From contig JBJBDC010000001.1 in the NCBI GenBank assembly GCA_047285535.1, positions 2,304,136 to 2,368,135 of the forward strand: a stretch of DNA of 64,000 bases. Reading direction: 5' to 3'. This document shows, one piece after another, positions 25,703 to 34,646 of the stretch. How positions within the stretch are numbered: the stretch's first letter is position 1; every line of letters starts with the position of its first letter. The position numbers and the translations under genes are program-made. This DNA comes from Synechococcus sp. GTDB taxonomy: Bacteria; Cyanobacteriota; Cyanobacteriia; PCC-6307; Cyanobiaceae. The notes beneath the pieces were generated by a model. The model did not search any database and was not told the origin of the DNA. It worked only from the letters and a program-made list of their open reading frames with translations.

Positions 25703-26710
25703 ATGGCCCCTGCTGCAGCTCTTGCTTCACGCCCAGCCTCTGCCTCCACGGGTCGAGGCTCCGGCGCTGAAGTTGACCTTGTGCGTTCGTATTTGCGTGA
25801 TATTGGCCGAGTGCCGTTGTTGAGCCATCAACAGGAAATCACGCTGGGTCGCCAGGTGCAGGAGTTGATGGAACTTGAGTTGTTAGAAGCGGAATTGAAG
25901 GATCAATGTGGGGGTGAGGAGGTGCCACGAGAGGTGGTGGCCAAAGCTGCTGGAGTGAGTGCAGCGCAACTGAAGCGAAAACTGCAAGTGGGTCGACGTG
26001 CGAAAGAGCGGATGGTGGCGGCGAACCTGAGGCTGGTGGTGAGCGTGGCTAAGAAATACACGAAGAGAAATATGGAGCTGCTGGATTTAATCCAGGAGGG
26101 AACCATTGGTTTAGTGCGTGGTGTGGAGAAATTTGACCCCACGCGTGGGTACAAATTCAGCACCTATGCGTATTGGTGGATTCGTCAGGGAATCACGCGT
26201 GCGATTGCGGAGAAGAGCCGAACGATTCGCTTGCCGATTCACATCACAGAGATGTTGAACAAGCTGAAGAAAGGACAGCGTGAATTGAGTCAGGAGCTGG
26301 GACGAACACCATCGGTGACGGAACTGGCGTCGTTTGTGGAACTTCCAGAAGAGGAGGTGAAAGAACTGATGTGCCGTGCGCGCCAGCCGGTGAGTTTGGA
26401 GATGAAGGTGGGTGATGGAGACGACACGGAATTGTTGGAGTTGCTGTCAGGAGATGCAGCACTGCCGTCGGAACAGGTGGAAGGGGAATGCTTAAAGGGA
26501 GATCTGGGAGATCTGTTGTGTCAGCTGCCTGAGTTGCAAGGGAAAGTGCTGCGGATGCGTTACGGGATGGACGGCGAGGAGCCGATGAGCCTCACAGGAA
26601 TTGGTCGCATCATTGGCATTAGTCGTGACCGCGTGCGCAATCTTGAGCGTGATGGTCTGGCTGGTTTGCGTCGCCTGAGTGATCAAGTAGAGGCTTACGT
26701 TGCTAGTTGA
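25703..26710 (+). CDS. Group 2 sigma-70 factor (RpoD-like, no region 1.1)
   Basis: DLVRSYLRDIGR, ANLRLVVSVAKKY, DLIQEG, YKFSTYAYWWIRQ, SRDRVRNLE. Confidence 0.95.
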   Translation: MAPAAALASRPASASTGRGSGAEVDLVRSYLRDIGRVPLLSHQQEITLGRQVQELMELELLEAELKDQCGGEEVPREVVAKAAGVSAAQLKRKLQVGRRAKERMVAANLRLVVSVAKKYTKRNMELLDLIQEGTIGLVRGVEKFDPTRGYKFSTYAYWWIRQGITRAIAEKSRTIRLPIHITEMLNKLKKGQRELSQELGRTPSVTELASFVELPEEEVKELMCRARQPVSLEMKVGDGDDTELLELLSGDAALPSEQVEGECLKGDLGDLLCQLPELQGKVLRMRYGMDGEEPMSLTGIGRIIGISRDRVRNLERDGLAGLRRLSDQVEAYVAS

Positions 26711-27633
26711 TTGATGATGAATAGCAATTGTTGATTGACAGCTTCTGGTGATTCGTCGTGCGGGCAGTGACCCGCATGAGGAATCACCAAAAATGACTTG
26801 ATGCAATCAAATTGTTGTTCCCATCGCTGGGCCTCATTGAGCGGTTCCCAGGGATCAAGTTCGCCCCAAATTAGATGTACTGGAACGGCAAGATTGATGA
26901 GTAATTCAGGTGCCAAGTGATCATCAAACAGGTTGATGAATCCTCGGAACGCTTCTGTTGCCCCATCTCTTTGACTCGGCTCAAATAGCAGAGACACCAG
27001 CTCCTCATCGACATTATTGCCGCTGGGATAGGCCTGGGTTAAGACACTTTTAATCAGTGCTGGCCTTGCAGCGTTGCGAAACAAGGCGGTACTCAGCCAT
27101 CGCTGACGAACCAACGTTTTGAGCAGTGGACGGATCCAGGTCATCCAGGCGGGTTGCCTGGCCAATTGTTTGTCATCCATCTGCCTCTGTGCACAGTCGA
27201 TTAGCACGACGTTTTTGCAATGGTCGGAGCCAAGGAGTTGGGCTGTTCTTAGTGCTACAACCCCACCGATTGAATTGCCAACGAGTACTACGGGGCGGTC
27301 AATGACGTCGAAGCAAAAATCGGCAACTTGTTGGGCCCAGAGATCAAAACCGTACTGAACGGTTAACGCTTGTGTGGATTGATCTTCGGTGGATTCATGC
27401 TTCAGCTGAGCCCTGGGCTGATCACTCCTCCCGAAGCCCAGCAGGTCGATGGCATAGGTGGGAGCGAATTCGGCGAGAACAGGTTGATTGAAGCGCCAAT
27501 GATTCGTGTTGGCTCCGAAACCGTGGATCAGAAGCACTGCTGTCGGTGCCGATCGATCTCCAATCAGCGTCCAGCCAATTTGGTGGGACTTCCACGTCCA
27601 GAGAGCCTGTTTCGGAGAAGGAGTGAGCTCCAT
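26695..27633 (-). CDS. Alpha/beta fold hydrolase
   Basis: HGFGA, DLLGFGRS, GNSIGG nucleophile, GHCPHDE. Confidence 0.93.
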   Translation of the reverse strand: MELTPSPKQALWTWKSHQIGWTLIGDRSAPTAVLLIHGFGANTNHWRFNQPVLAEFAPTYAIDLLGFGRSDQPRAQLKHESTEDQSTQALTVQYGFDLWAQQVADFCFDVIDRPVVLVGNSIGGVVALRTAQLLGSDHCKNVVLIDCAQRQMDDKQLARQPAWMTWIRPLLKTLVRQRWLSTALFRNAARPALIKSVLTQAYPSGNNVDEELVSLLFEPSQRDGATEAFRGFINLFDDHLAPELLINLAVPVHLIWGELDPWEPLNEAQRWEQQFDCIKSFLVIPHAGHCPHDESPEAVNQQLLFIINQLAT

Positions 27634-27641
27634 CCGATGAG

Positions 27642-30600
27642 TCAAACCATTGTGGACTTCTCAGTGCTGCTGTTGCTTGGCGAGAAAAGCTTGCTCTCTA
27701 GGTTCTTGATCAGCACATAAAACGGGGGAACAACAACAAGAGAGAGCGCGGTGGCCACGATCAATCCTCCAAAGATGACGGTGCCAAGCGCCTGTTGCGC
27801 AGAAGCTCCGGCACCGTTGGCGACCACCAGCGGGAGAAAGCCGGCTAACGCTGCAACTGCAGTCATCAGGATTGGGCGAAGTCGCGATTCGGCTGATTCC
27901 ATCACAGCGTCAACGGTACTTTTTCCTTGCTTGAGCTTTTGTTCTGCGACCTCCACGATCAAGATTCCGTTCTTGGCGGCCAGACCAATCAGGGTGACCA
28001 AGCCAATTTGTGCATAGATGTTCAGATCGATGGAGCGGAACGCTAGAAACGCGAGAGCACCAAGCATGGCGAGGGGCACGGTTGCCAGAATGATGATTGG
28101 AGTGATGTAACTCTCGTACTGTGCTGAGAGAACGAGATACACAAAGAGAATCCCAAGTCCAAACACCAAGATGCTTGCGCTTCCAGCGGACAGTTGCAGC
28201 GCTGCGAGACCGGTGAAGGCTGAACCGATATTGGTGTAGTTCTGTGCAGTGAACAGTTGCTGGATTGTGGCCAAGGCCTGACCACTACTCTTCCCAATCG
28301 CTTGAGCGCCTTGGATCAGCACGGTGCGGCTCAAGTTGTAGTGGGCGATCACCGGTGGCGCGCTGCTGAGTTCGGCTTCGGCGAATTGCGAAACCTGGAC
28401 TAGGTCGCCATCTCTCGATGGAACATAGAAGCTAAGAATGTCGTCGATGTTCTCTCTCTCTTCAGGTGTGCCCTGAACATAGATGTTGCGCACCTGACCA
28501 CTTTCGTAGGTCAGCCCTGAGAAATTGCTACCCGCCAGAGCGGCAATGCTGTCCATCGCTGCCTTGTATTCGACGTTCAGGGCACCCATCACCTCTCGAT
28601 TCACTTTGAGGCCGATCGCTGGAGAGCTGGGGTTGAATTGGGTGTAAATGTTGGAAAAGTCACCACTTGCATTGGCCTTCTTGATCAGTTGGCCAGCCAA
28701 ATCAGAGAGTTCGTTGAAGGTGTAGGCCCCGTTGCTGAGATCGTTGAACTGGAAGTAGAAACCTCCTTGGGGGGAGAATCCAGGGACCGCTGGTGGGCCT
28801 GAAGCTCTAGCCAGGCCGTCGCTTAATTGGATTAACTTTGCATTGAGTCGATTCACAATGGCTTCTGAACTATGTTCAGCGCCTTTTCGTTCTTCCAAAG
28901 GCAGGAGGCCGAAGAAAAAGATGCCCTGATCAGGGCTGGAGCCGTTGAAGCCGGCTCCGGCGACAATTGACGCGTTGGCTACATCTTCTTCTTCACTCAG
29001 AACTTTGGCAATTTGAGCCCCGAGTTTTTTGGTCTCGACCAGTGAAGCCCCGTTTTGCAGTTGGAAGACTCCCATGCCATAGCCTTGATCCTGATCCGGG
29101 ATGAAGGCTGTAGGAAGGGTGGTAAATGCAAAGCCAGTCATCACGATGCCGATGACTAATCCAGTGAGTACCAAAGTGCGTGCTCGGATCACCCGTTTGA
29201 GGATGTTGGCGTAGGTGTTTTCGAGACGCTCGAAGTTGCGGTTAAAAACCCTGAAGACCAGGGGCAGGTTCGCTCCAACGAGGGCGCCGATCACAATGCC
29301 GGCGATATAAGTCCAGTTGCCGAAGGAAGCAGAACTGAAGCGTCCAAAGGCCAAGCCGACGATCACTCCTACAACAATCCAACTGCGTCCCTTTGGTTCC
29401 GGTGGTTTTGTCTTCGGAAGGATCAAACCGGAGAGCATTGGAGAAAACGTCAGCGCATTAAAGGCAGAAATGGCAACAGAAAAGGCGATCGTGAGTGCGA
29501 ACTGCTTGTAGATAATTCCGGTTCCACCGGGATAAAACGCAACGGGTACAAACACCGCCATTAAAACCAGGGCTGTGGCCAGCAGTGCACCGAAGAGCTC
29601 GCCCATACAAGCCAGGGCGGCCTCACGGGGTTTCATGCCGTTTTCGATATTGGTAGAGACGGCTTCGATCACCACGATGGCGTCATCGACAACGAGTCCT
29701 GTTGCTAGAACGAGACCCAGCAAGGTGAGTTGATTGATCGAAAAGCCGAAGATATTGAGGAATGCGAATGTTCCCACCAGAGAAATGGGAATGGCCAGGC
29801 TGGGTACAACGGTGGCTCGCCAGTTCTGGAGGAAAAGAAACAGGATGATCAGGACCAGCACGATGGCAAGACCAAGCGCATCAATGACGCCATCAACGGA
29901 TGATTTGATGAACTGGCCGATGTCATAAATTTGATTAACAGTGACCCCAGGAGGCACGGTTGTCTTGAATTGGTTGATTGTTTCCACGACCGCTTGAGAG
30001 ACGTCAAGGGCATTACTTGAGGGCGTCTGATAGACAGCTACGGTGAGTGCTTCTTGCCCCTTTTTGTTCATCGCTTGTACAGAGAAAGTGTTAGTGCCAT
30101 AGCGGACTTCTCCTACATCTTTCAGTTTGAGCAAATTACCCAAAGGCGAGCGATTTATGATCAGATTGTTGAAATCATCGATGGAAATAAGGTTGCCATT
30201 GTTCTCCACTACAATTGGATATGTGTAAGCCTGATCACCAGAGGCAGGAGGCCCTCCTACCAGGCCGCCAACAGCAATACTGTTTTGGGCCTTCACTGCA
30301 TTGATAACTTTTTCGGAGGTGAGTTTGTTGGCGGCGAGTTTGTTGGGATCGATAAAGAGCCAGAAGGCTGGATTGGCTCCTCCATAGACATTGACCGTGG
30401 CGACCCCTTCTACCCGTGACAGTGGGTAATACAGTTGTTCATAGATAAGTCCATTTAAGTAAGCAGCATCAAATTGCCCTTTGGTGGAACTGACCTCGTA
30501 GGCGAGAAGGATCGAGGGGTTGCTTTGCTTGACGGATACGCCTGTTTCAGTCACCTTTTGCGGCAGCTGGGGGTTGGCCAGACTCACCCGGTTTTGAACA

Positions 30601-30923
30601 TTGACCTGATCAATATCGATATCGGTTGTTTGGTCGAAATAGACATTGATTGTGCTGTTGCCCGTCATGTCTGTGTTGGAGGAGATGTAGCTGACCCCAG
30701 GGACTCCGTTGATCTGTTGTTCCAAGGGATTGGTGACCGCTTGTTCGGTTACTTCAGCGTTCGCACCTCCATAGTTCGCGACAACCTGGATTTCAGGATT
30801 AGCGATGTTTGGCAGATAGGCAATTGGCAGGATCGGGATTGAGATCACTCCGACCAGCACAATCAAAATGCTGCAGACAGTGGTTAGAACTGGCCGCTTG
30901 ATGAAATTGTCAGAGAAGGACAT
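27642..30923 (-). CDS. RND efflux permease (HAE1/AcrB family)
   Basis: FIKRPV start, GLVVDDAIVV, AKNGIL and RLRPILMT proton-relay motifs. Confidence 0.96.
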   Translation of the reverse strand: MSFSDNFIKRPVLTTVCSILIVLVGVISIPILPIAYLPNIANPEIQVVANYGGANAEVTEQAVTNPLEQQINGVPGVSYISSNTDMTGNSTINVYFDQTTDIDIDQVNVQNRVSLANPQLPQKVTETGVSVKQSNPSILLAYEVSSTKGQFDAAYLNGLIYEQLYYPLSRVEGVATVNVYGGANPAFWLFIDPNKLAANKLTSEKVINAVKAQNSIAVGGLVGGPPASGDQAYTYPIVVENNGNLISIDDFNNLIINRSPLGNLLKLKDVGEVRYGTNTFSVQAMNKKGQEALTVAVYQTPSSNALDVSQAVVETINQFKTTVPPGVTVNQIYDIGQFIKSSVDGVIDALGLAIVLVLIILFLFLQNWRATVVPSLAIPISLVGTFAFLNIFGFSINQLTLLGLVLATGLVVDDAIVVIEAVSTNIENGMKPREAALACMGELFGALLATALVLMAVFVPVAFYPGGTGIIYKQFALTIAFSVAISAFNALTFSPMLSGLILPKTKPPEPKGRSWIVVGVIVGLAFGRFSSASFGNWTYIAGIVIGALVGANLPLVFRVFNRNFERLENTYANILKRVIRARTLVLTGLVIGIVMTGFAFTTLPTAFIPDQDQGYGMGVFQLQNGASLVETKKLGAQIAKVLSEEEDVANASIVAGAGFNGSSPDQGIFFFGLLPLEERKGAEHSSEAIVNRLNAKLIQLSDGLARASGPPAVPGFSPQGGFYFQFNDLSNGAYTFNELSDLAGQLIKKANASGDFSNIYTQFNPSSPAIGLKVNREVMGALNVEYKAAMDSIAALAGSNFSGLTYESGQVRNIYVQGTPEERENIDDILSFYVPSRDGDLVQVSQFAEAELSSAPPVIAHYNLSRTVLIQGAQAIGKSSGQALATIQQLFTAQNYTNIGSAFTGLAALQLSAGSASILVFGLGILFVYLVLSAQYESYITPIIILATVPLAMLGALAFLAFRSIDLNIYAQIGLVTLIGLAAKNGILIVEVAEQKLKQGKSTVDAVMESAESRLRPILMTAVAALAGFLPLVVANGAGASAQQALGTVIFGGLIVATALSLVVVPPFYVLIKNLESKLFSPSNSSTEKSTMV

Positions 30924-30927
30924 TGGC

Positions 30928-32070
30928 TCAGTTGGCTCCCGTTGCGACCTTGACCGGCATGCCACTGCGCAGGCGACTTGTATTGCTCACTGCCACCTTG
31001 TCCCCAGTCTTGAGTCCCGAAATCACGGGATAGAGGTTGTTCTGTAATGGTCCAAGCTTGACTGGGGTTTGAAACACCATCGGAGTGTTCCCAGGAAGCT
31101 TTTCCAGTTTTTTCAACTCTTGATCCGTCGTATTGGGTGAGCTTTTGATCTTCGGCAGTGCCTTGCTGATGGGCACAACCCTGTAAACGAAAGGTTGTTG
31201 AGCTTGCATCATCACGGCCTGCACTGGTACAGCCAGACTTTGACTCGTTCCCGTGATGATCGTGGAGGCCACGTACTGGCCAGTTTTTAATTGTCCGGTG
31301 AGATTGGGGAATTCCGCCTTCACCGTCATTGTGTTGGGTGGGTTGCCGTTTTGGCTGAATGCGAAGTAAGGAGATATAAAGGTGATTTTCCCTTCACCTG
31401 TGATCTGGGGGGTGGATTGGGATGCAACTTTCACAGTTTGCCCCACTTTGACTTGGGAGGCTTGGGATGACGGAATGTCCATCAATGTCCAGAGCGTGGA
31501 GTTGTCCACGATCCCTGTGATGGCTTGTCCAGTTGTGACGTAGTCCCCGAGCTTTACGGTATCGAGATCCCCGACCACACCATCAATTGGAGAGCGTACA
31601 AATTTATAGTTAAGAGTGGCTTTGTCAGCAATGGCCTGATCCCGTGCTTTGATCGCCTTTGTGGCATAGAAATCACGATCCATGGCCGAGGCGGCGCCTT
31701 GTTCGTAAAGGTATTGAAAACGCTCCGCATTCACAAAGCTGTTTCGAGCTGCTGATTGTGAAGTATTGAGCTGAGCGCTATCTTGCGTGTTATCGAGAAC
31801 AAGAATCACTTGCCCTGCTTGTACTCGATCTCCCTCCCTAACAAGCTTTTTGATTACTCGTCCATCGGTCTCAGGGCTTAACACCACATTGGTGGTGGAC
31901 TCGAGCGGGCTAATGGCTCTGATGCTTGGCGCGAAGGTGCTTTCGGAGATTGTCGCGGTCTTGATGGATAAAAAGGTATGACCGGCCTTTTTGCTTTGAC
32001 CGCATGCTGCAAGCGCAGTCGAGACAATCAGCACGACCGCAAGGGAACCTCGCACAATCCAACCTTTCAC
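30928..32070 (-). CDS. RND periplasmic adaptor (MFP), lipoprotein
   Basis: Lipobox LAAC, V.EGDRVQAGQ and RSPIDGVVG lipoyl-like halves, GLKTGDKV. Confidence 0.92.
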   Translation of the reverse strand: MKGWIVRGSLAVVLIVSTALAACGQSKKAGHTFLSIKTATISESTFAPSIRAISPLESTTNVVLSPETDGRVIKKLVREGDRVQAGQVILVLDNTQDSAQLNTSQSAARNSFVNAERFQYLYEQGAASAMDRDFYATKAIKARDQAIADKATLNYKFVRSPIDGVVGDLDTVKLGDYVTTGQAITGIVDNSTLWTLMDIPSSQASQVKVGQTVKVASQSTPQITGEGKITFISPYFAFSQNGNPPNTMTVKAEFPNLTGQLKTGQYVASTIITGTSQSLAVPVQAVMMQAQQPFVYRVVPISKALPKIKSSPNTTDQELKKLEKLPGNTPMVFQTPVKLGPLQNNLYPVISGLKTGDKVAVSNTSRLRSGMPVKVATGAN

Positions 32071-32519
32071 TGGGCGGAGGTTACCTGCAATTCACGTTTG
32101 TTGGCGGCATGGATTGTGATTCAGTCATCAGGACGAGTGTTGATGATTTGCTGACCACAGTGTTCTGTCTGGACCGTGGGCCTCAAGCGCTGCCGTTAAG
32201 TCCTGAGATGCCGTTGCGTCGACACAAGCTGCCTGCAGTTATTCATGAGAGACAAAAGCTGTTCATTCAGGCCATTTTGTTTGTTTTTAGGGTAGAGAAC
32301 AGCGGCGAGTGAGATGAAACGTGGTGTCATCGGCAGGATGTCTTGGCGTTGTTGTGAATCCGAAAAGATGACAGCCAGCCAAAGTTCAGCTCAGTACAAG
32401 GCAAATGTCCAGGAGGTCGGCCAAAGATGGAAGGAGCCGATCATGTGCTGCGTGCATGGTTATGGCTAGTGTCTAAGGAAGGAAGGCCAACCGCAACGGC
32501 TCCTGGGCCAAGGGATTGT

Positions 32520-32572
32520 CTCCCCCCCCCCGCTCATCACGCTGAGGATGAAAATTGACGAGGGCGGGGAGG
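32520..32572. repeat. C10 homopolymer inside an imperfect GC-rich inverted repeat
   Basis: CTCCCCCCCCCCGCTCATCA ... TGACGAGGGCGGGGAG. Confidence 0.5.
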
Positions 32573-32660
32573 ATGGATGGCACGTCGCTACAAATCGGGA
32601 ATGGCTTCTATCCCATGAAAGAAGTTTGATCTCTGGGGCTCAAGTCTTCAGGGAAATCTG

Positions 32661-32801
32661 ATGCTCATGTCGCGTTTCACGTATGAGAGTTTTCAAATGT
32701 TGTTTGAAATCTGGATGCTGCTCGCATTGGCCTTTGGATTGAAAGCTTGCAGTAGCGTTCTTGTGCGGTTGGATGAATACTTGCCTGCGTGGATCTTTTG
32801 A
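32661..32801 (+). CDS. Possible 46-aa single-TM small protein
   Basis: MLMSRFTYESFQMLFEIWMLLALAFGLKACSSVLVRLDEYLPAWIF*; below the ORF-track length cutoff. Confidence 0.4.
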   Translation: MLMSRFTYESFQMLFEIWMLLALAFGLKACSSVLVRLDEYLPAWIF

Positions 32802-33009
32802 GCGTGAATTCATTGATTTGATGGTTGTGATGAGCCGATCCTCTCTGGTTGTTGCTAAAGCATGACTAATTGTGGATTCAGCGTTTGTGAATTTGTGCCT
32901 GTCTTTGTCTTTGTCTTTGGATGATTGATGTTAGTGGCTCTTGGGATTCGATCTCTTTGCGTGGGTATGCGGTGATTGAGCGGAAGTGGCTTTTGATTTC
33001 GGTCGCATT

Positions 33010-33137
33010 GGATACCAAATTACTTGAAAAGATTTTGCTTAATAGATTAGTTCAAATGATTTTTACTTCTTATAAAGTTTAGTGTGACCTTTTAATTGAC
33101 GGCTTGTTTGGCCATCTCTCGGTGAAATTCAAAAACT
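33010..33137 (+). promoter_or_regulatory. AT-rich putative promoter region of the arginase-urea channel operon
   Basis: Markedly AT-rich stretch containing TTGAAA and TATAAA hexamers just upstream of the ATG at 33138; exact -35/-10 pairing not resolved. Confidence 0.4.
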
Positions 33138-34646
33138 ATGGCTTCGATCCGTTTTGGCGAAGAGCTATCCAATCTGTTTGCGCTGATTGATGCTGACGGA
33201 GATGGGGTGATTACCACAGCCGAGGTGGAGCAGTTGCTGACCTCCATGGATGTAATCGTTGACCCTTCTGAAGCCAGTGCCTTGCGTGAACTCATCGCCA
33301 CAAAGGGGTCTTTGAATCGCGCTGACTTTTTGTTTTGGGCTAATCAGCAACCAGAGTTGGGGACCCATCAACTGCTCAGGGATCTGTTTGCGTTGATTGA
33401 TACCGATAGGAATGGCTGGCTGAGTCAGGAAGAACTTTCTGTGCTGGTTGCGCTTTTGCTTACGCCTGAGGCGCATTTGACCCCCGAGTTTTTGCTGGAG
33501 CGGCTTGATCGTGATGGGAATGGGCAGATCACAACGGATGAATTTCTGGCTTTATTTGAGGAGGAGAGCCTGTTGTCGTTATCTCTGGCTGACCTCAAGC
33601 GCCTGAAGAAAAATTTGGTACAGATCACCAGCACGTCCCGTTTGGCTGGGGTGAGCCTGGTGGAGGTGGATTGTGATCTGGGAGCCGGGATCCCGGGAGC
33701 AGGGGCTGGGATCGAATTGCTGAAGACTGCCATGCAGCGCCAGAAAGATCTGCAGCGGATGAGTGAATCTCTGATTGCTGAGATTCATGCTCAGCAGAGT
33801 CCTATTGCTCGAGCGACCGCCGCTGGCAGTCACAGTCAGACCCCGCATGCTCGCCACATCGAAACCATTGCTGGAGTGATGCGCAAGGCTTCCCAACTTG
33901 TGGCCAGCACCCTCGAGCAGGGACGTTTCCCTCTAGTGCTGGCAGGTGACCACTCCACGGCTGCTTCCACGATCGCTGGCATCCGTCGTGCTTATCCGCA
34001 GCAGCGACTGGGGGTGGTTTGGATCGATGCCCATGCTGATCTCCATTCACCCTTCACGACACCGTCGGGCAACATGCACGGCATGCCTTTGGCAATAGCC
34101 ACTGGGCTCGACAACTTGCCCGAGTCGATCAATGTCCCCGACGCTCGCACCCAAGAGCTTTGGAGGGAATTAAAGCAGTTGCACGGATCAGAATCGGCCG
34201 CGATCGCATTGCGGGATTTGATTTATGTCGCTGTACGCGACACCGAGGCCGCTGAGGATGCAGCGATCATTGCGCATTCAATTCCTGTAATCAGCACCGA
34301 GCAGCTGCGACAAGAAGGGGCCTTGCAGGTTGCCAATCGCTGCCTAGCCCACCTTGCGGAGGTGGATCTTATTTATGTGAGCTTCGATGTGGATGCCCTT
34401 GATTCAACGATCTGTAAGGGAACAGGAACTCCGGTGCCTGGGGGGCTCTGGGCCCATGAAGCTGCTTCACTCTTGCGCACTCTGCTGTCCGACCCACGGA
34501 TTTGTTGTTGGGAAATCTGCGAAATTAATCCTCATCTTGATGAGCTGAACACCCTGGCGGAGGTTTCGCTGGGGATCTTCCGGGCCGGACTGGAGGTGCT
34601 CTCGGAGCGGTTCACTCCCATCACCGTTGCCTCCTATGCCGATTGA
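33138..34646 (+). CDS. Arginase fused to an N-terminal calmodulin-like EF-hand domain
   Basis: EF loops DADGDGVITTAE, DTDRNGWLSQEE, DRDGNGQITTDE; ureohydrolase Mn ligands GDHS, DAHAD, SFDVD; arginase-type SGNMHG; TGTPVPGG; EINP. Confidence 0.92.
   Translation: MASIRFGEELSNLFALIDADGDGVITTAEVEQLLTSMDVIVDPSEASALRELIATKGSLNRADFLFWANQQPELGTHQLLRDLFALIDTDRNGWLSQEELSVLVALLLTPEAHLTPEFLLERLDRDGNGQITTDEFLALFEEESLLSLSLADLKRLKKNLVQITSTSRLAGVSLVEVDCDLGAGIPGAGAGIELLKTAMQRQKDLQRMSESLIAEIHAQQSPIARATAAGSHSQTPHARHIETIAGVMRKASQLVASTLEQGRFPLVLAGDHSTAASTIAGIRRAYPQQRLGVVWIDAHADLHSPFTTPSGNMHGMPLAIATGLDNLPESINVPDARTQELWRELKQLHGSESAAIALRDLIYVAVRDTEAAEDAAIIAHSIPVISTEQLRQEGALQVANRCLAHLAEVDLIYVSFDVDALDSTICKGTGTPVPGGLWAHEAASLLRTLLSDPRICCWEICEINPHLDELNTLAEVSLGIFRAGLEVLSERFTPITVASYAD

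Noticed and set aside
32800..33137. NtcA box upstream of the arginase operon (also checked 42730-42905)
   Set aside because: No GTA-N8-TAC found by eye in either region
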